This document shows, piece after piece, positions 1-9,115 of a stretch of 52,860 nt of DNA. The position numbers and the translations under genes are program-made. The notes beneath the pieces are model-generated. The model worked only from the letters and a program-made list of their open reading frames with translations, made no database searches and had not been told where the DNA came from. Origin of the DNA: Desulfobacteraceae bacterium. Lineage in GTDB: Bacteria; Desulfobacterota; Desulfobacteria; Desulfobacterales; Desulfobacteraceae. The DNA is taken from the NCBI GenBank assembly GCA_029939535.1, contig JAOZST010000003.1, forward strand, positions 1 through 52,860. The letters are read 5' to 3'. Position 1 is the stretch's first letter; every line of letters begins with the position of its first letter.

Positions 1-933
1 TTTCCCCTCTTTCATCCGCTTGTGGGACTCAATTAGCCCGGACATCAGATTTGGAAGATCTTCAGGCTTTGGGCAGATAAAATGAATGATCTCCTTTTGG
101 TAGGCAGCTGTTTGCCCGACATAATTCTGGCTGATGCGATAGTCGCTGTCTTTGAATCGAGGGTCAACAATCCGATTCTGAAGTTCTATCAGCCGGCCCT
201 TCTCGCAGAAGTCCTCTTTTTCGGCAAGCTCCAAAGATGTAATGAATTTTTCGGCTCGTGGGGCATTGGGCTTTATATGCTCAATTTCAAAGGATGACTT
301 TGTCTCTTTATTATACAGATAGCTTAGTGCCCGGCGAAGAAGCTCAGGAGGGTACGCGGTGACGATATCCTCACATCTTTTCCGCAGATCAACTGAATCC
401 ATTTTGGAAAGATTCTCTGTTTTTCTGATGATAGGACAGAAGGAGTGGGGACCGAGAAGGTTGTTGACAATGCGGTGTCGCTGGGATTTATCGCCATTCG
501 AAATGGTGTAATACTCCTTTGCCTCAAGTGCATCGACATAGTTACCCGAAGTAATGTCATCTATGGGCAGTTGTTTGCCGGTCAGGAACTCATAGAAAAA
601 CCAGATCCTTCGAGCATACTTTCCAGTAGGCTTGGATCTAATGTACTCAGTGAGTTCTGCCTGGGGAGTATGTTTAAAGATGAGGGCCAACAACCCCAGG
701 TTGATGCCGTCATATTTCAATGCAAACTCAAGATGGTCACCGATTTTTTCCCCGGGCCAGTACCTTATCGGGTATATGTCTTCTATTGCATTATTCTGGA
801 CTTTAGACTTGTGAGCCCCGGTAGACGATACAAATGAGGTATGCCAGTGAGGCAGCCCGGCTAGTTCTAAATTTTCGAGTAGATATGCATATCCTGCCGG
901 GCGAAATTTTAAAATGTTTATTTCCATAGGCAT
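1..933 (-). CDS. Fic/DOC family protein, N-terminal 311 codons only (gene runs off the left window edge)
   Basis: Absent from the ORF track because it has no stop inside the window. My own reverse-complement translation from ATG 933-931 is unbroken to base 1: MPMEINILKFRPAGYAYLLENLELAGLPHW...SYLYNKETKSSFEIEHIKPN...HFICPKPEDLPNLMSGLIESHKRMKEGK. The ETKSSFEIE and PxPEDLPxLM segments are what I recall preceding the HPFxxGNGR core in long Fic proteins. The core itself would lie outside the window. Confidence 0.5.
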   Translation of the reverse strand, partial: MPMEINILKFRPAGYAYLLENLELAGLPHWHTSFVSSTGAHKSKVQNNAIEDIYPIRYWPGEKIGDHLEFALKYDGINLGLLALIFKHTPQAELTEYIRSKPTGKYARRIWFFYEFLTGKQLPIDDITSGNYVDALEAKEYYTISNGDKSQRHRIVNNLLGPHSFCPIIRKTENLSKMDSVDLRKRCEDIVTAYPPELLRRALSYLYNKETKSSFEIEHIKPNAPRAEKFITSLELAEKEDFCEKGRLIELQNRIVDPRFKDSDYRISQNYVGQTAAYQKEIIHFICPKPEDLPNLMSGLIESHKRMKEGK

Positions 934-1343
934 TTTCGTAAAATTATTATTATGCTGGTAATATGGTTATTTTTAGATAATTTGTCAACAAAACAATTAT
1001 GAGACACTATTTGTTTGGTAAAATAATTAGGATAAGAATTTAGCACTATCAACCTGGTCCAATTTTGCTGGGATTCTTTGGACAAAGTCAAGGATCACCA
1101 TGTGATCAGAACATCCATACCAGGGCCAGATGGGGAAAACTATTGCTGGTACCAGTGTGTACAGTGCAGGGAGGAAGACAAACCAGGAACATTGATGCTG
1201 TTTCCCTTGCCAGAGCCTGTGTGCTCAAGCAGCATTGGCAGCTGGAATTTTTCACCGGAAAGAAGTATCCATCCAGGCTGTGAAAAATCACCTTATTCAA
1301 AAGGGAATTGAAGTCCGGTAATGATCTGGTTTTAAATATACAG

Positions 1344-2420
1344 TTAAAATCTGATTTTTTCTTTTTTTTCAGTATCCTTGGGGGAACAGATCCTTATCAG
1401 GCCGGGCATGACAGTATTGCGGCCACTGACTTTGGCTTTATACAGCATGGTATCTGCATCCTGGATAAATTTGTTCATATCTGCATTGGGGGAAAGTTCA
1501 GATACACCGAAGCTGGCTGTCACGCGAATACTGTTATTATTAAAAGCCAGGTTCAGATCTGCAATCTTAGACCTTAGGCGGTCAGCCAGTTCCATGGCCT
1601 TGATCTTGTCAGTTTCAGGAAGAATGGCAATGAACTCTTCTCCACCGTACCGGGCCAGAACATCCTCTTTTCTCATATTGTCTCTGACCAGATGGGATAT
1701 CTCCTTGAGCACATGATCCCCGCCAAGGTGGCCATGGGTGTCGTTTATTTTTTTAAAATAATCCAGGTCCAATATAAACAGGGACAACTTTGTTTCATGG
1801 CGGGAGGCGGCAGCAATATGCCTTTTGAGCTGGGAATCAAACTCCCTGCGGTTGTAGCATCCTGTTAGTGGATCAATAATGGCGGCATCTCTCAGCTTTT
1901 CAAATTTTATGAGTTTGGACAGAGCTGAGGCACATCCCTGGAGAATCAGGTTGATCACTTCATCATGGAAGGGGGTAATGTTTTTCTGGGGCAGCATATA
2001 AAGCCTTGAACAGCAGTTTTCTTCATTTAACTCATAGTGAACAAGGTTTTTCATGTTGAATTTTTCATGGTGCTCTCCCGGCTCAAAGGAATGATTCAGG
2101 TAATGAAGGCTTTTTTTGTTTTGTATATTGAAATCAGAAAGGATAATATTTTCAAGGGATTTTTTATACATCCTGGGATCAAGCCAGACATCAACGCCAG
2201 CATCTTTTTTTACAACAAAGGCAAAAAGGCGGTAACCAAGGATGTCTTTAAGGCAGACAGCCACTTCATTGATGATTTCCATTGAAGAAGTCTTTTTATT
2301 AAGGGCAATAATATGCCGGCCAAGTTTATTCTGGGCTGCTGTTTGTCTTGCAGTTGAACTGAAAACCAGGGATAAAAATGCGGATAAATTGTAGGTTATA
2401 CTTTTCAGAGTCTTTTTCAT
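1344..2420 (-). CDS. Diguanylate cyclase (GGDEF domain) with N-terminal signal/TM segment and sensor-like domain
   Basis: 358-aa ORF. GGEEF active site (RYGGEEF) with an RxxD I-site (RKED) exactly 5 residues upstream. Also DPLTGCYNRREF and DLDYFKKINDTHGH motifs. AAGGAA RBS before the ATG. Confidence 0.9.
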   Translation of the reverse strand: MKKTLKSITYNLSAFLSLVFSSTARQTAAQNKLGRHIIALNKKTSSMEIINEVAVCLKDILGYRLFAFVVKKDAGVDVWLDPRMYKKSLENIILSDFNIQNKKSLHYLNHSFEPGEHHEKFNMKNLVHYELNEENCCSRLYMLPQKNITPFHDEVINLILQGCASALSKLIKFEKLRDAAIIDPLTGCYNRREFDSQLKRHIAAASRHETKLSLFILDLDYFKKINDTHGHLGGDHVLKEISHLVRDNMRKEDVLARYGGEEFIAILPETDKIKAMELADRLRSKIADLNLAFNNNSIRVTASFGVSELSPNADMNKFIQDADTMLYKAKVSGRNTVMPGLIRICSPKDTEKKEKIRF

Positions 2421-2631
2421 TCTTATTCCTTAATAGCCAAAGGGTACAGGTTGCTTTACTTAATGAATAAAGCAATAGGTGTGCCAGAATAAGAAAAAAT
2501 GTATATTATGTTTTATTTCAGGGAGTTAAATCAACTGATCTGGGATTTGATTTTTTGTACCCGGCAAATTTTTCATGCCGGCCTGGATGGATTGTCAAGG
2601 ATTTGACAGGCCTGTAAAAATGCCTGTCAAT

Positions 2632-2700
2632 CAAATTAGCGAGCTATCGTTTGGGCTTTTAGCAATTAGCTAACGGCTAAATGCAAATTTCTATACTGTC
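2632..2700 (-). repeat. TTAGC-rich intergenic repeat, copy 1 (inverted relative to copy 2)
   Basis: The reverse complement reads gtatagaaatttgcatttagccgttagctaattgctaaaagcc...cgctaattt. It shares both termini (gtatagRaatttgcatttagcYgttagc and cgctaattt) with the copy at 3328-3400. Confidence 0.6.
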
Positions 2701-2727
2701 AAGTCATAATCCAGAGAGTCCGGGCGT

Positions 2728-3306
2728 TTATAGATTTCCTTTTAAACCGATTTCCTCTGCCACAGGCCTCATGCCCAGGATTACCTGGGTGATCAGCTCG
2801 GATAATTCCATATCTAGAAATTCTGCTCCTTTTTTAATGACTTCCCGGTCAACAGCAGCGGCAAAACGTTTGTCCTTGAATTTTTTATTTACCGATTTGG
2901 CCTTGATATCCAGGATGCTTTTAGAGGGCCTTACCAGGGCGGCACTGCCCACCAGGCCGGTAAGTTCATCAATGGCATATAGTGTTTTTTCCAGAAGAGT
3001 TTCAGGTTTTACATCTGTACAGATACCCCATCCATGGCTGATCACTGCCCTGATATACTCTTTGGGCCAGTTATGGGCTTCAAACAGCTCAATACATTTA
3101 ACACAATGCTGGTCAGGGTACATCTCATAATCCAGGTCATGGACCAGTCCAATAATTTTCCATTTTTCAACATCTTCTTTGAATTTTTCGGCAAAATGTC
3201 CCATAACAGATTCAACAGCCAGGGCATGGCGGATCAATCCATCTTTTTGATTGTATTTTTTCAGCAGTTTCAGAGCGTCGTCACGGGAGGGGATGTAGGT
3301 GTTCAT
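2728..3306 (-). CDS. HD-domain (HDIG-type) metal-dependent phosphohydrolase
   Basis: 192-aa ORF with H...HD signature (IRHALAVESVMGHF ... GLVHDLDYE). Size and layout are typical of stand-alone HD hydrolases. Confidence 0.8.
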   Translation of the reverse strand: MNTYIPSRDDALKLLKKYNQKDGLIRHALAVESVMGHFAEKFKEDVEKWKIIGLVHDLDYEMYPDQHCVKCIELFEAHNWPKEYIRAVISHGWGICTDVKPETLLEKTLYAIDELTGLVGSAALVRPSKSILDIKAKSVNKKFKDKRFAAAVDREVIKKGAEFLDMELSELITQVILGMRPVAEEIGLKGNL

Positions 3307-3327
3307 AGTAACTCCTTTTAATTTAAT

Positions 3328-3400
3328 CGTATAGGAATTTGCATTTAGCTGTTAGCCATTAGGCTTTAGCTAACAGCTCGCGTGATAGTGCGCTAATTTC
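3328..3400 (+). repeat. TTAGC-rich intergenic repeat, copy 2
   Basis: Sequence cgtataggaatttgcatttagctgttagccattaggctttagctaacagctcgcgtgatagtgcgctaatttc. It contains a perfect 10-bp inverted repeat, agctgttagc (3346-3355) / gctaacagct (3368-3377). Confidence 0.6.
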
Positions 3401-3420
3401 ATTTTGTTCAATATAAATTA

Positions 3421-4293
3421 TTAATCCATAACAATAATTACCCGGCATTCCTTTAAAAAGGTATGCCGCTCTGTGGCTTTCTCAATTTTTTTTGTGTCGG
3501 CCATGCTAATAACAATGGAAGAGTTGTCATTGTCTGATTTTCTAAGCCCTTTGAATACAAGGGGATGGCTGCCTATTCGTTTGTTTTTCTTGGCTTCATC
3601 CATGGTAGGCACATAGGTAGTAACGCCGTATTGGACAGCAAATTCCCGGCTGATGAAAAGGGAAGAGTAAATTTCATTGCCCTTTTCGCTGATAATCGTT
3701 GGATAAAGGACCGGTTCAAGTTCAAGCCCCTGGGCATCAATGATCAGTCCGGTATAGGGGATATTGCCCATTCCTGTTGTTGAGAGCTGGGCCTTGTTTT
3801 TGGATTTTTCCATGTTTATTTTGGATATCTGCCGGATATCATCGGGCAGAACCAATTGAAGAAAGCCCCCGAAGATGCTGGTTTCTATCATCACTTCCAC
3901 ATCCAGGGCAGAGGTATAGTATTGTTTGACAATTAAGGCATCTCTGGCAGTTTTTTCAATGCCTGCCAGAATTATATCATTTTTTGAGGCATATTGGTCC
4001 ACAGTCAGGGTATTATGAATTTTCAGCTGCTTTAAAATTTCAATTATTTTTTTACTGGCATTTGCCCGGGCTGACCCAGGCACAGCCCCATGGGCATCTT
4101 CTTTGTTTTTTGTTGGACTTGCCTTGCCCAGTGCTGTGACTTTGCCTGTGCTCCAATTGATTTTCCCGTTATCAAAGGCAGTTATGCAATGATAGCTTTG
4201 AGGTCTCTCCTGGGCATATCCATGATTAATGGATACAAAAAATAAAATTGTAAAAAAAATAAGGACTGTTTTTTTGTGATGTGAGTAAATGAT
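3421..4293 (-). CDS. Secreted LPP20/FlgT-like hypothetical protein; start codon unresolved
   Basis: The track ORF starts at GTG 4083. The same frame stays open upstream to a TAG at 4306-4308 and encodes a textbook signal peptide (KKTVLIFFTILFFVSINHGYAQ). No ATG, GTG or TTG is available in that stretch. An AGGGA RBS-like element lies 5-8 nt before ATC/ATT at 4293-4288. Confidence 0.5.
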   Translation of the reverse strand: MIYSHHKKTVLIFFTILFFVSINHGYAQERPQSYHCITAFDNGKINWSTGKVTALGKASPTKNKEDAHGAVPGSARANASKKIIEILKQLKIHNTLTVDQYASKNDIILAGIEKTARDALIVKQYYTSALDVEVMIETSIFGGFLQLVLPDDIRQISKINMEKSKNKAQLSTTGMGNIPYTGLIIDAQGLELEPVLYPTIISEKGNEIYSSLFISREFAVQYGVTTYVPTMDEAKKNKRIGSHPLVFKGLRKSDNDNSSIVISMADTKKIEKATERHTFLKECRVIIVMD

Positions 4294-4321
4294 CTTTGTC
4301 CCTACCTAAGGAGTTAAAGAA

Positions 4322-4816
4322 TTAAGGAGTTAAATAATTTTTTTCAATAAATGAGGCTATCTCCTTGACTTCATCCAATCCAAACATTGGTACATTTGGC
4401 TTAAAATTTGAGTCTGTGACAAAGGCGATCAAATTCGGGTCTTCCAGGCACATGGGCTCTTTATGATCACTGCTGGTTCTGAAGATTTCAATCTTGGTCA
4501 GGGGCTGTTTTTTAAATCCCTCTGCCAGTATGAGATCCATGTCGCCAAGAAAGGACCTCATTTTTTCCACATAGGGTCGAGTATCATCCTTAACCAGGGC
4601 GATTTTTGTATCGGTGATCACAAGGGTTGATCTGGCTCCGGCCTGTTTATGGCGCCAGCTGTCTTTCCCTTTTTTATCAAAATCAAACCCATCATGGGTG
4701 TGCTTGACTGATCCTATTTTATATCCCCAGCCATTCAATTCTGAAATCAGCTTTTCAAGGAGGGTGGTCTTTCCGGAATTGGATTTTCCTGCTATGGAGA
4801 TAATCTCTGGTTTCAT
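4322..4816 (-). CDS. mobB: Molybdopterin-guanine dinucleotide biosynthesis adapter protein MobB
   Basis: 164 aa. P-loop GKSNSGKTTL, SVKHTHDGFD motif, and typical MobB length. Confidence 0.85.
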   Translation of the reverse strand: MKPEIISIAGKSNSGKTTLLEKLISELNGWGYKIGSVKHTHDGFDFDKKGKDSWRHKQAGARSTLVITDTKIALVKDDTRPYVEKMRSFLGDMDLILAEGFKKQPLTKIEIFRTSSDHKEPMCLEDPNLIAFVTDSNFKPNVPMFGLDEVKEIASFIEKNYLTP

Positions 4817-5032
4817 AGTCTTGTCTTTGCTTTCTCTGCTAGTATTAAAATCAAGTTCAGTTCAGATTGATTTATTATTTCTTAAAATAGTGTTGGAGTG
4901 TAAGAAAGTCAAGCCTGGGGATGGTCAAACAATGCTTTCTGCTTGCAATGAGCAACAAAGGGGAGTATTAATGTTTTAGTGTTCTATTTTTTGATAATAA
5001 GTGATTTAGAGCAGAAAATTAGGATAAAATTG

Positions 5033-5536
5033 ATGAAAATTAAAGAAAATCTTGCCTTGATCGGAATGCCGGCCGTGGGTAAGAGTACGGTTGGGGTGTT
5101 GCTGGCAAAAAAAATGGGATTTGACTTTCTGGATACTGATATTTTGATCCAGTCCCAGGAAAAAATGACCCTGGCCCAGATTATTTCAAAAACCGGGCTG
5201 GAACAATTCCTTGAAATTGAAGCAGCCCATTTGCTCAGCCTGAATTGTTCACAACATGTTCTGGCAACCGGCGGAAGTGTGATTTACAGGGAAAAAGCAA
5301 TGGTCCACCTTTCCAAAATAGCTAGTATTGTTTATCTTTTCATTGATTTGGATATCCTTATGACCCGTTTGTCAGATGTAACCGCAAGGGGGGTAGCCAT
5401 AAATCCCGGGAAAGGGATTGATGATCTTTACAAAGAAAGAACCCCTCTGTATGATAAATATTGTGATATTAAGATTGATTGCAAAACAATGACTCCCGGG
5501 CAGATTGTGACAGACCTGGGACACTATCTCCAATAA
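5033..5536 (+). CDS. aroK: Shikimate kinase
   Basis: P-loop GMPAVGKSTVG followed by FLDTD, with an ATGGGSV-type segment. I prefer the ATG at 5033 (MKIKENLALIGM...) over the upstream track start at 4979. Confidence 0.85.
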   Translation: MKIKENLALIGMPAVGKSTVGVLLAKKMGFDFLDTDILIQSQEKMTLAQIISKTGLEQFLEIEAAHLLSLNCSQHVLATGGSVIYREKAMVHLSKIASIVYLFIDLDILMTRLSDVTARGVAINPGKGIDDLYKERTPLYDKYCDIKIDCKTMTPGQIVTDLGHYLQ

Positions 5537-5552
5537 ATACGGGGAGGACGCC

Positions 5553-6147
5553 ATGGGTGAGATGCTTTCCACAAAGCAGGTGGCTGAATTTTTAAATGTA
5601 AATGAAAAAATGGTTTATTCACTCATCAATGAAAAAGGCCTGCCTGCTTCCAAGGTTACCGGCAAGTGGCTCTTTCCCATTGACCTGGTCCGTCAATGGG
5701 TTGAGACGGGAATGGAAAATTATCCTGAAACAGAAAAATTGCCTCCCTATCATGGGCTGGTACTTATTGCCGGATCCAATGATTTGCTGCTGGATAAAGT
5801 TATTGCCCTTTTTAATCTTAAATATGAAGAACATATGGTCATGTTTGGCCTTACCGGCAGCATGGGAGGGCTTAAGGCCCTGCGCAGGAATCTCTGCCAT
5901 ATTGCCGCAAGCCACCTGGCAGCAGACAATCAGGATTATAATTTTCCCTTTATTCAGGATGAAATGATCCAGGTCCCTGCGGTGGGAACGCTTTGATCTG
6001 CTGATTCACAAAGACCGTTTTTTTGACCAGGGTATTCAACTCTTTCTTTCTTTATTAAAAGGCAGGAGCATCCAGAACGCTGCCCGGGAATACGGGGGAT
6101 ATGACCTGTCCATGAGCGGAAAAATGCTCTATCCGGAACAGGCATAA
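5553..6147 (+). pseudogene. Excisionase-type HTH + PBP-like one-component regulator (TunR/ModE-like family) with internal deletion and frame change
   Basis: The N-terminal part (frame of 5553) has STKQVAEFLNVNEKMVYSLINEKGLPASKVTGKWLFP and the first PBP lobe, then stops at 5994-5996. The family C-terminus (ERFDLLIHKDRFFDQG...YGGYDLSMSGKML) follows immediately in the +1 frame, 5986-6147. About 100 aa of the PBP domain that I expect between these pieces is missing. Confidence 0.55.
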
Positions 6148-6148
6148 A

Positions 6149-6853
6149 TTACCGCATGGCCATGGTCTGAACAGACCCCTCCACAATGGCTTTCAAGGCC
6201 AGCATCTCTTTGTCTGAGAAAAAATGGCTGTCCTCCTTGACAAAATCAGGCTCCAGAACATCAACATGCCTGGAACATTTTTGAAGCACATATTTTGAGG
6301 CCCCTTTTATTGTCTCTGCAATGTCGGCCATGATTTCTTCAGTAATAAAAGGCCGGGCACAGGTGGTACGAAATTCATAGGCCGGCGCTTTTTTCATTAT
6401 CAATTCAATACTGGCCTCAATTCTTCCCACATCCAAGTCTCCTTTGAATACCAGAGGATAGTTGGTAAGGTTGCTCTTGATATCCATGGCAATATAGTCA
6501 ACAAGTTTGTCCTCAATCAGGGTTTCCAGAATTTTTGGCCGGGTACCATTGCTGTCCAGTTTGATATTGTATCCCATTTTCCGCACTGCCCGGCAGAATT
6601 GTATCAGGTCCGGTTGCATTGTGGGCTCACCTCCTGTTATTGCAACGCCCTCCAGCATTCCTTTCCGTTTTTCAAGGAAAGAAAATATTTCATCCTGGTC
6701 ATAAAGGCTGCCGGCCCCTTTTACAGGGCCGGCAGCAAGATCTGGATTGTGGCAGTAGGGGCAGATAAAATTACACCCCGGGGTAAATACCACACATGCA
6801 ATGTTTCCCGGGAAATCAATCAGGGAATTTTTTTGAAATCCATTGATGTGCAT
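6149..6853 (-). CDS. nrdG: Anaerobic ribonucleoside-triphosphate reductase activating protein (radical SAM)
   Basis: CNFICPYCHNP (CX3CX2C) radical SAM motif. 234 aa. Lies 12 nt downstream of nrdD. Confidence 0.9.
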   Translation of the reverse strand: MHINGFQKNSLIDFPGNIACVVFTPGCNFICPYCHNPDLAAGPVKGAGSLYDQDEIFSFLEKRKGMLEGVAITGGEPTMQPDLIQFCRAVRKMGYNIKLDSNGTRPKILETLIEDKLVDYIAMDIKSNLTNYPLVFKGDLDVGRIEASIELIMKKAPAYEFRTTCARPFITEEIMADIAETIKGASKYVLQKCSRHVDVLEPDFVKEDSHFFSDKEMLALKAIVEGSVQTMAMR

Positions 6854-6865
6854 GAAAAATCCTTT

Positions 6866-8965
6866 CTAAGAAACATTATAGGCTTTATAGGTTTTGCGCA
6901 TGCAGAATTCTGTCTGTTTGCCGTTGTTCCATTGTCCTACAGGTCTGAGATAACCCACCACCCTTGAATATACCTCGGTCTCGGCATCACAGGTGGTGCA
7001 TTTTGCATGCTCCCCTGCAATATAACCGTGGGAGGGGCAGACAGAAAAGGTCGGGGTAAGGGTAAAATAGGGCAGCCTGAAACTGCTGGATACTTTGTTT
7101 ACTACTTGTTTGACAACCCCTATGTCTGATACTTCCTCACCCAGGAAAAGGTGCTGAACCGTTCCGCCGGTGTATTTGGTCTGGAGATCGTCCTGGAGTT
7201 CCAGGGCCTCAAACAAGTCATCGGTATAATTGACTGGCAAATGGGTGGAATTTGTATAGAAAGGATCTTTGCCTTCCTGAAACTCTTCTTCATTAGCACA
7301 GATGATGTTCTTGAATTTTTTCTTGTCCATGCTGGCAAACCGATAGGTTGTACCTTCTGCCGGGGTGGCTTCCAGATTGAATATTTGGTCGGTTTCTTCC
7401 TGCAATGCTTCTATCCTGTTGCGGATATGGTCCATTACCCTAACGGCAAATGCCTGCCCTTCTTTGCTTGCAATACCTTGATCCATGAAATTGACGCAGG
7501 CCTCATTCATTCCCAAAATACCGATGGTGGAAAAATGATTGCGCCAGTAAACACCGGTGCTTTCCTTTATTTTTCTTAAATAAAATTTGGAATAGGGGTA
7601 GAGATCGCCATTGGTGAATTTTTCAAGGATTTTCCGTTTAATACTCAGGGAATCGGCAGAAATCTTGATAAGATCGTCCAGGCGTGCCAGAAAGTCTGCT
7701 TCATCCGTAGCAAGGTAACCTATTCTGGGCAGGTTCAATGTAACAACCCCAATGGAACCTGTCAGGGGATTGGCGCCGAAAAGGCCGCCTCCTCTTTTGC
7801 GAAGTTCCCGATTGTCCAGCCTGAGGCGACAGCACATGGATCTTGCATCTTCCGGGTCCATGTCTGAATTGACAAAGTTGGAGAAATAGGGAATTCCGTA
7901 TTTTCCTGTCATTTTCCAGATATTTTCAAGGTTGGGATTGCTCCAGTCAAAGTCTTTGGTAATATTATAGGTGGGTATGGGAAATGTGAAGACCCGGCCT
8001 TTGGCATCCCCTTCCATCATGACCTCTGCAAAGGCTGAATTGAGCATGTCCATCTCTTCCTGAAACTCTGCATAGGTTTCTTCCCTTAGTTCGCCTCCAA
8101 TGGTTACAGGAACATCTTTCAGGGTAGATGGCACATTCAGGTCCATGGTGATATTGGTAAAGGGTGTCTGGAATCCAACCCGGGTGGGAATGTTTATGTT
8201 GAATACAAATTCCTGTAGTGCCTGTTTTACCTCTTTAGGGTTTAACTGGTCTTCCCGGATAAAAGGTGCCAGCAGGGTATCAAAATTTGACATGGCCTGG
8301 GCCCCTGCTGCTTCTCCCTGGAGGGTGTAGAAAAAATTGACAATCTGGCCCAGGGCACTTCTGAAATGCTTGGGTGCTGAGGATTCAACTTTTCCTGCCA
8401 CTCCTTTGAAGCCTTCGGCCAAAAGGTCCTGGAGATCCCATCCCACGCAGTACACCGATAGCAGGCTCAGGTCATGGATGTGAAGGTCGCCTGCGTAATG
8501 GGCATCCCTTACATCTGGGGGATAAATCTTATTGAGCCAGTATTCTGCGGTAATGTCTGAAGATATGTAATTGTTGAGCCCCTGGAGGGAATAGCTCATA
8601 TTACTGTTTTCCTTGACTTTCCAGTCCATCCTGCTGATATAGGACTCCATGAGATCCACATTTTCCTTGATGGCTATTTTCCGGATCTGGTTGTGCTGTT
8701 CCCTATAAATAATATATGCTTTGGCTGTTTTATAAAAAGGGGAATCCAAAAGGACTCTTTCAACTATATCCTGGATCTCTTCCACTTCAGGAATGGGATC
8801 CAGCTGCAGATCTCTTGCCAGGGTGAGAACCTTTAAAGTAAGTTTTTTTGCTTCCCTGCCGTTGAACTCCTGGGTTGCTTCGCCTGCTTTTATTAAAGCT
8901 TGTGTGATTTTTTTAGAATCAAACTCCACTATCCTTCCGCCACGTTTTTTTATTTGCTCAAACAT
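6866..8965 (-). CDS. nrdD: Anaerobic ribonucleoside-triphosphate reductase (class III)
   Basis: 699 aa. N-terminal ATP-cone (IKKRGGRIVEFDSKKITQALIKA), C-terminal Cys cluster (CPSHGY...CTTC) and glycyl-radical motif RVVGYLRP. Confidence 0.95.
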   Translation of the reverse strand: MFEQIKKRGGRIVEFDSKKITQALIKAGEATQEFNGREAKKLTLKVLTLARDLQLDPIPEVEEIQDIVERVLLDSPFYKTAKAYIIYREQHNQIRKIAIKENVDLMESYISRMDWKVKENSNMSYSLQGLNNYISSDITAEYWLNKIYPPDVRDAHYAGDLHIHDLSLLSVYCVGWDLQDLLAEGFKGVAGKVESSAPKHFRSALGQIVNFFYTLQGEAAGAQAMSNFDTLLAPFIREDQLNPKEVKQALQEFVFNINIPTRVGFQTPFTNITMDLNVPSTLKDVPVTIGGELREETYAEFQEEMDMLNSAFAEVMMEGDAKGRVFTFPIPTYNITKDFDWSNPNLENIWKMTGKYGIPYFSNFVNSDMDPEDARSMCCRLRLDNRELRKRGGGLFGANPLTGSIGVVTLNLPRIGYLATDEADFLARLDDLIKISADSLSIKRKILEKFTNGDLYPYSKFYLRKIKESTGVYWRNHFSTIGILGMNEACVNFMDQGIASKEGQAFAVRVMDHIRNRIEALQEETDQIFNLEATPAEGTTYRFASMDKKKFKNIICANEEEFQEGKDPFYTNSTHLPVNYTDDLFEALELQDDLQTKYTGGTVQHLFLGEEVSDIGVVKQVVNKVSSSFRLPYFTLTPTFSVCPSHGYIAGEHAKCTTCDAETEVYSRVVGYLRPVGQWNNGKQTEFCMRKTYKAYNVS

Positions 8966-9115
8966 GTACCCACCCCTTGAAATCTAATTGAAATTAACAT
9001 ATCTTTTGTTGTTGGGTTTTGGAAAACCCATCATGGTTTTTGGTTGCTGCCGTCATGATTTTTTGATTACTGAAAGACAGATTTATCCCAACATGTAGTT
9101 AATTGTCAAGAAAAA

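Noticed and set aside
1078-1311. Short ORFs in the 1065-1310 island, and a possible cobalamin riboswitch on the minus strand. The riboswitch idea came from ccGGTGAAAAATTCCagCTGCC, which resembles the GGTGAAAATCC...GC core.
   Set aside because: The ORF products are implausible and overlap on both strands. The riboswitch idea fails because the required AGGGAA element upstream and a B12 box downstream are not present in the right order.
2603-2630. Perfect 9-bp inverted repeat ttgacaggc / gcctgtcaa downstream of the HD gene, considered as its terminator.
   Set aside because: On the transcribed (minus) strand it is not followed by a U-run. It is kept only as a note and not called as a terminator.
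5602-5967. A 121-aa alternative-frame ORF overlapping the HTH-PBP gene.
   Set aside because: The overlapping frame at 5553 carries the recognisable HTH and PBP motifs. The alternative frame gives a Trp/Cys/Leu-rich product with no motif.
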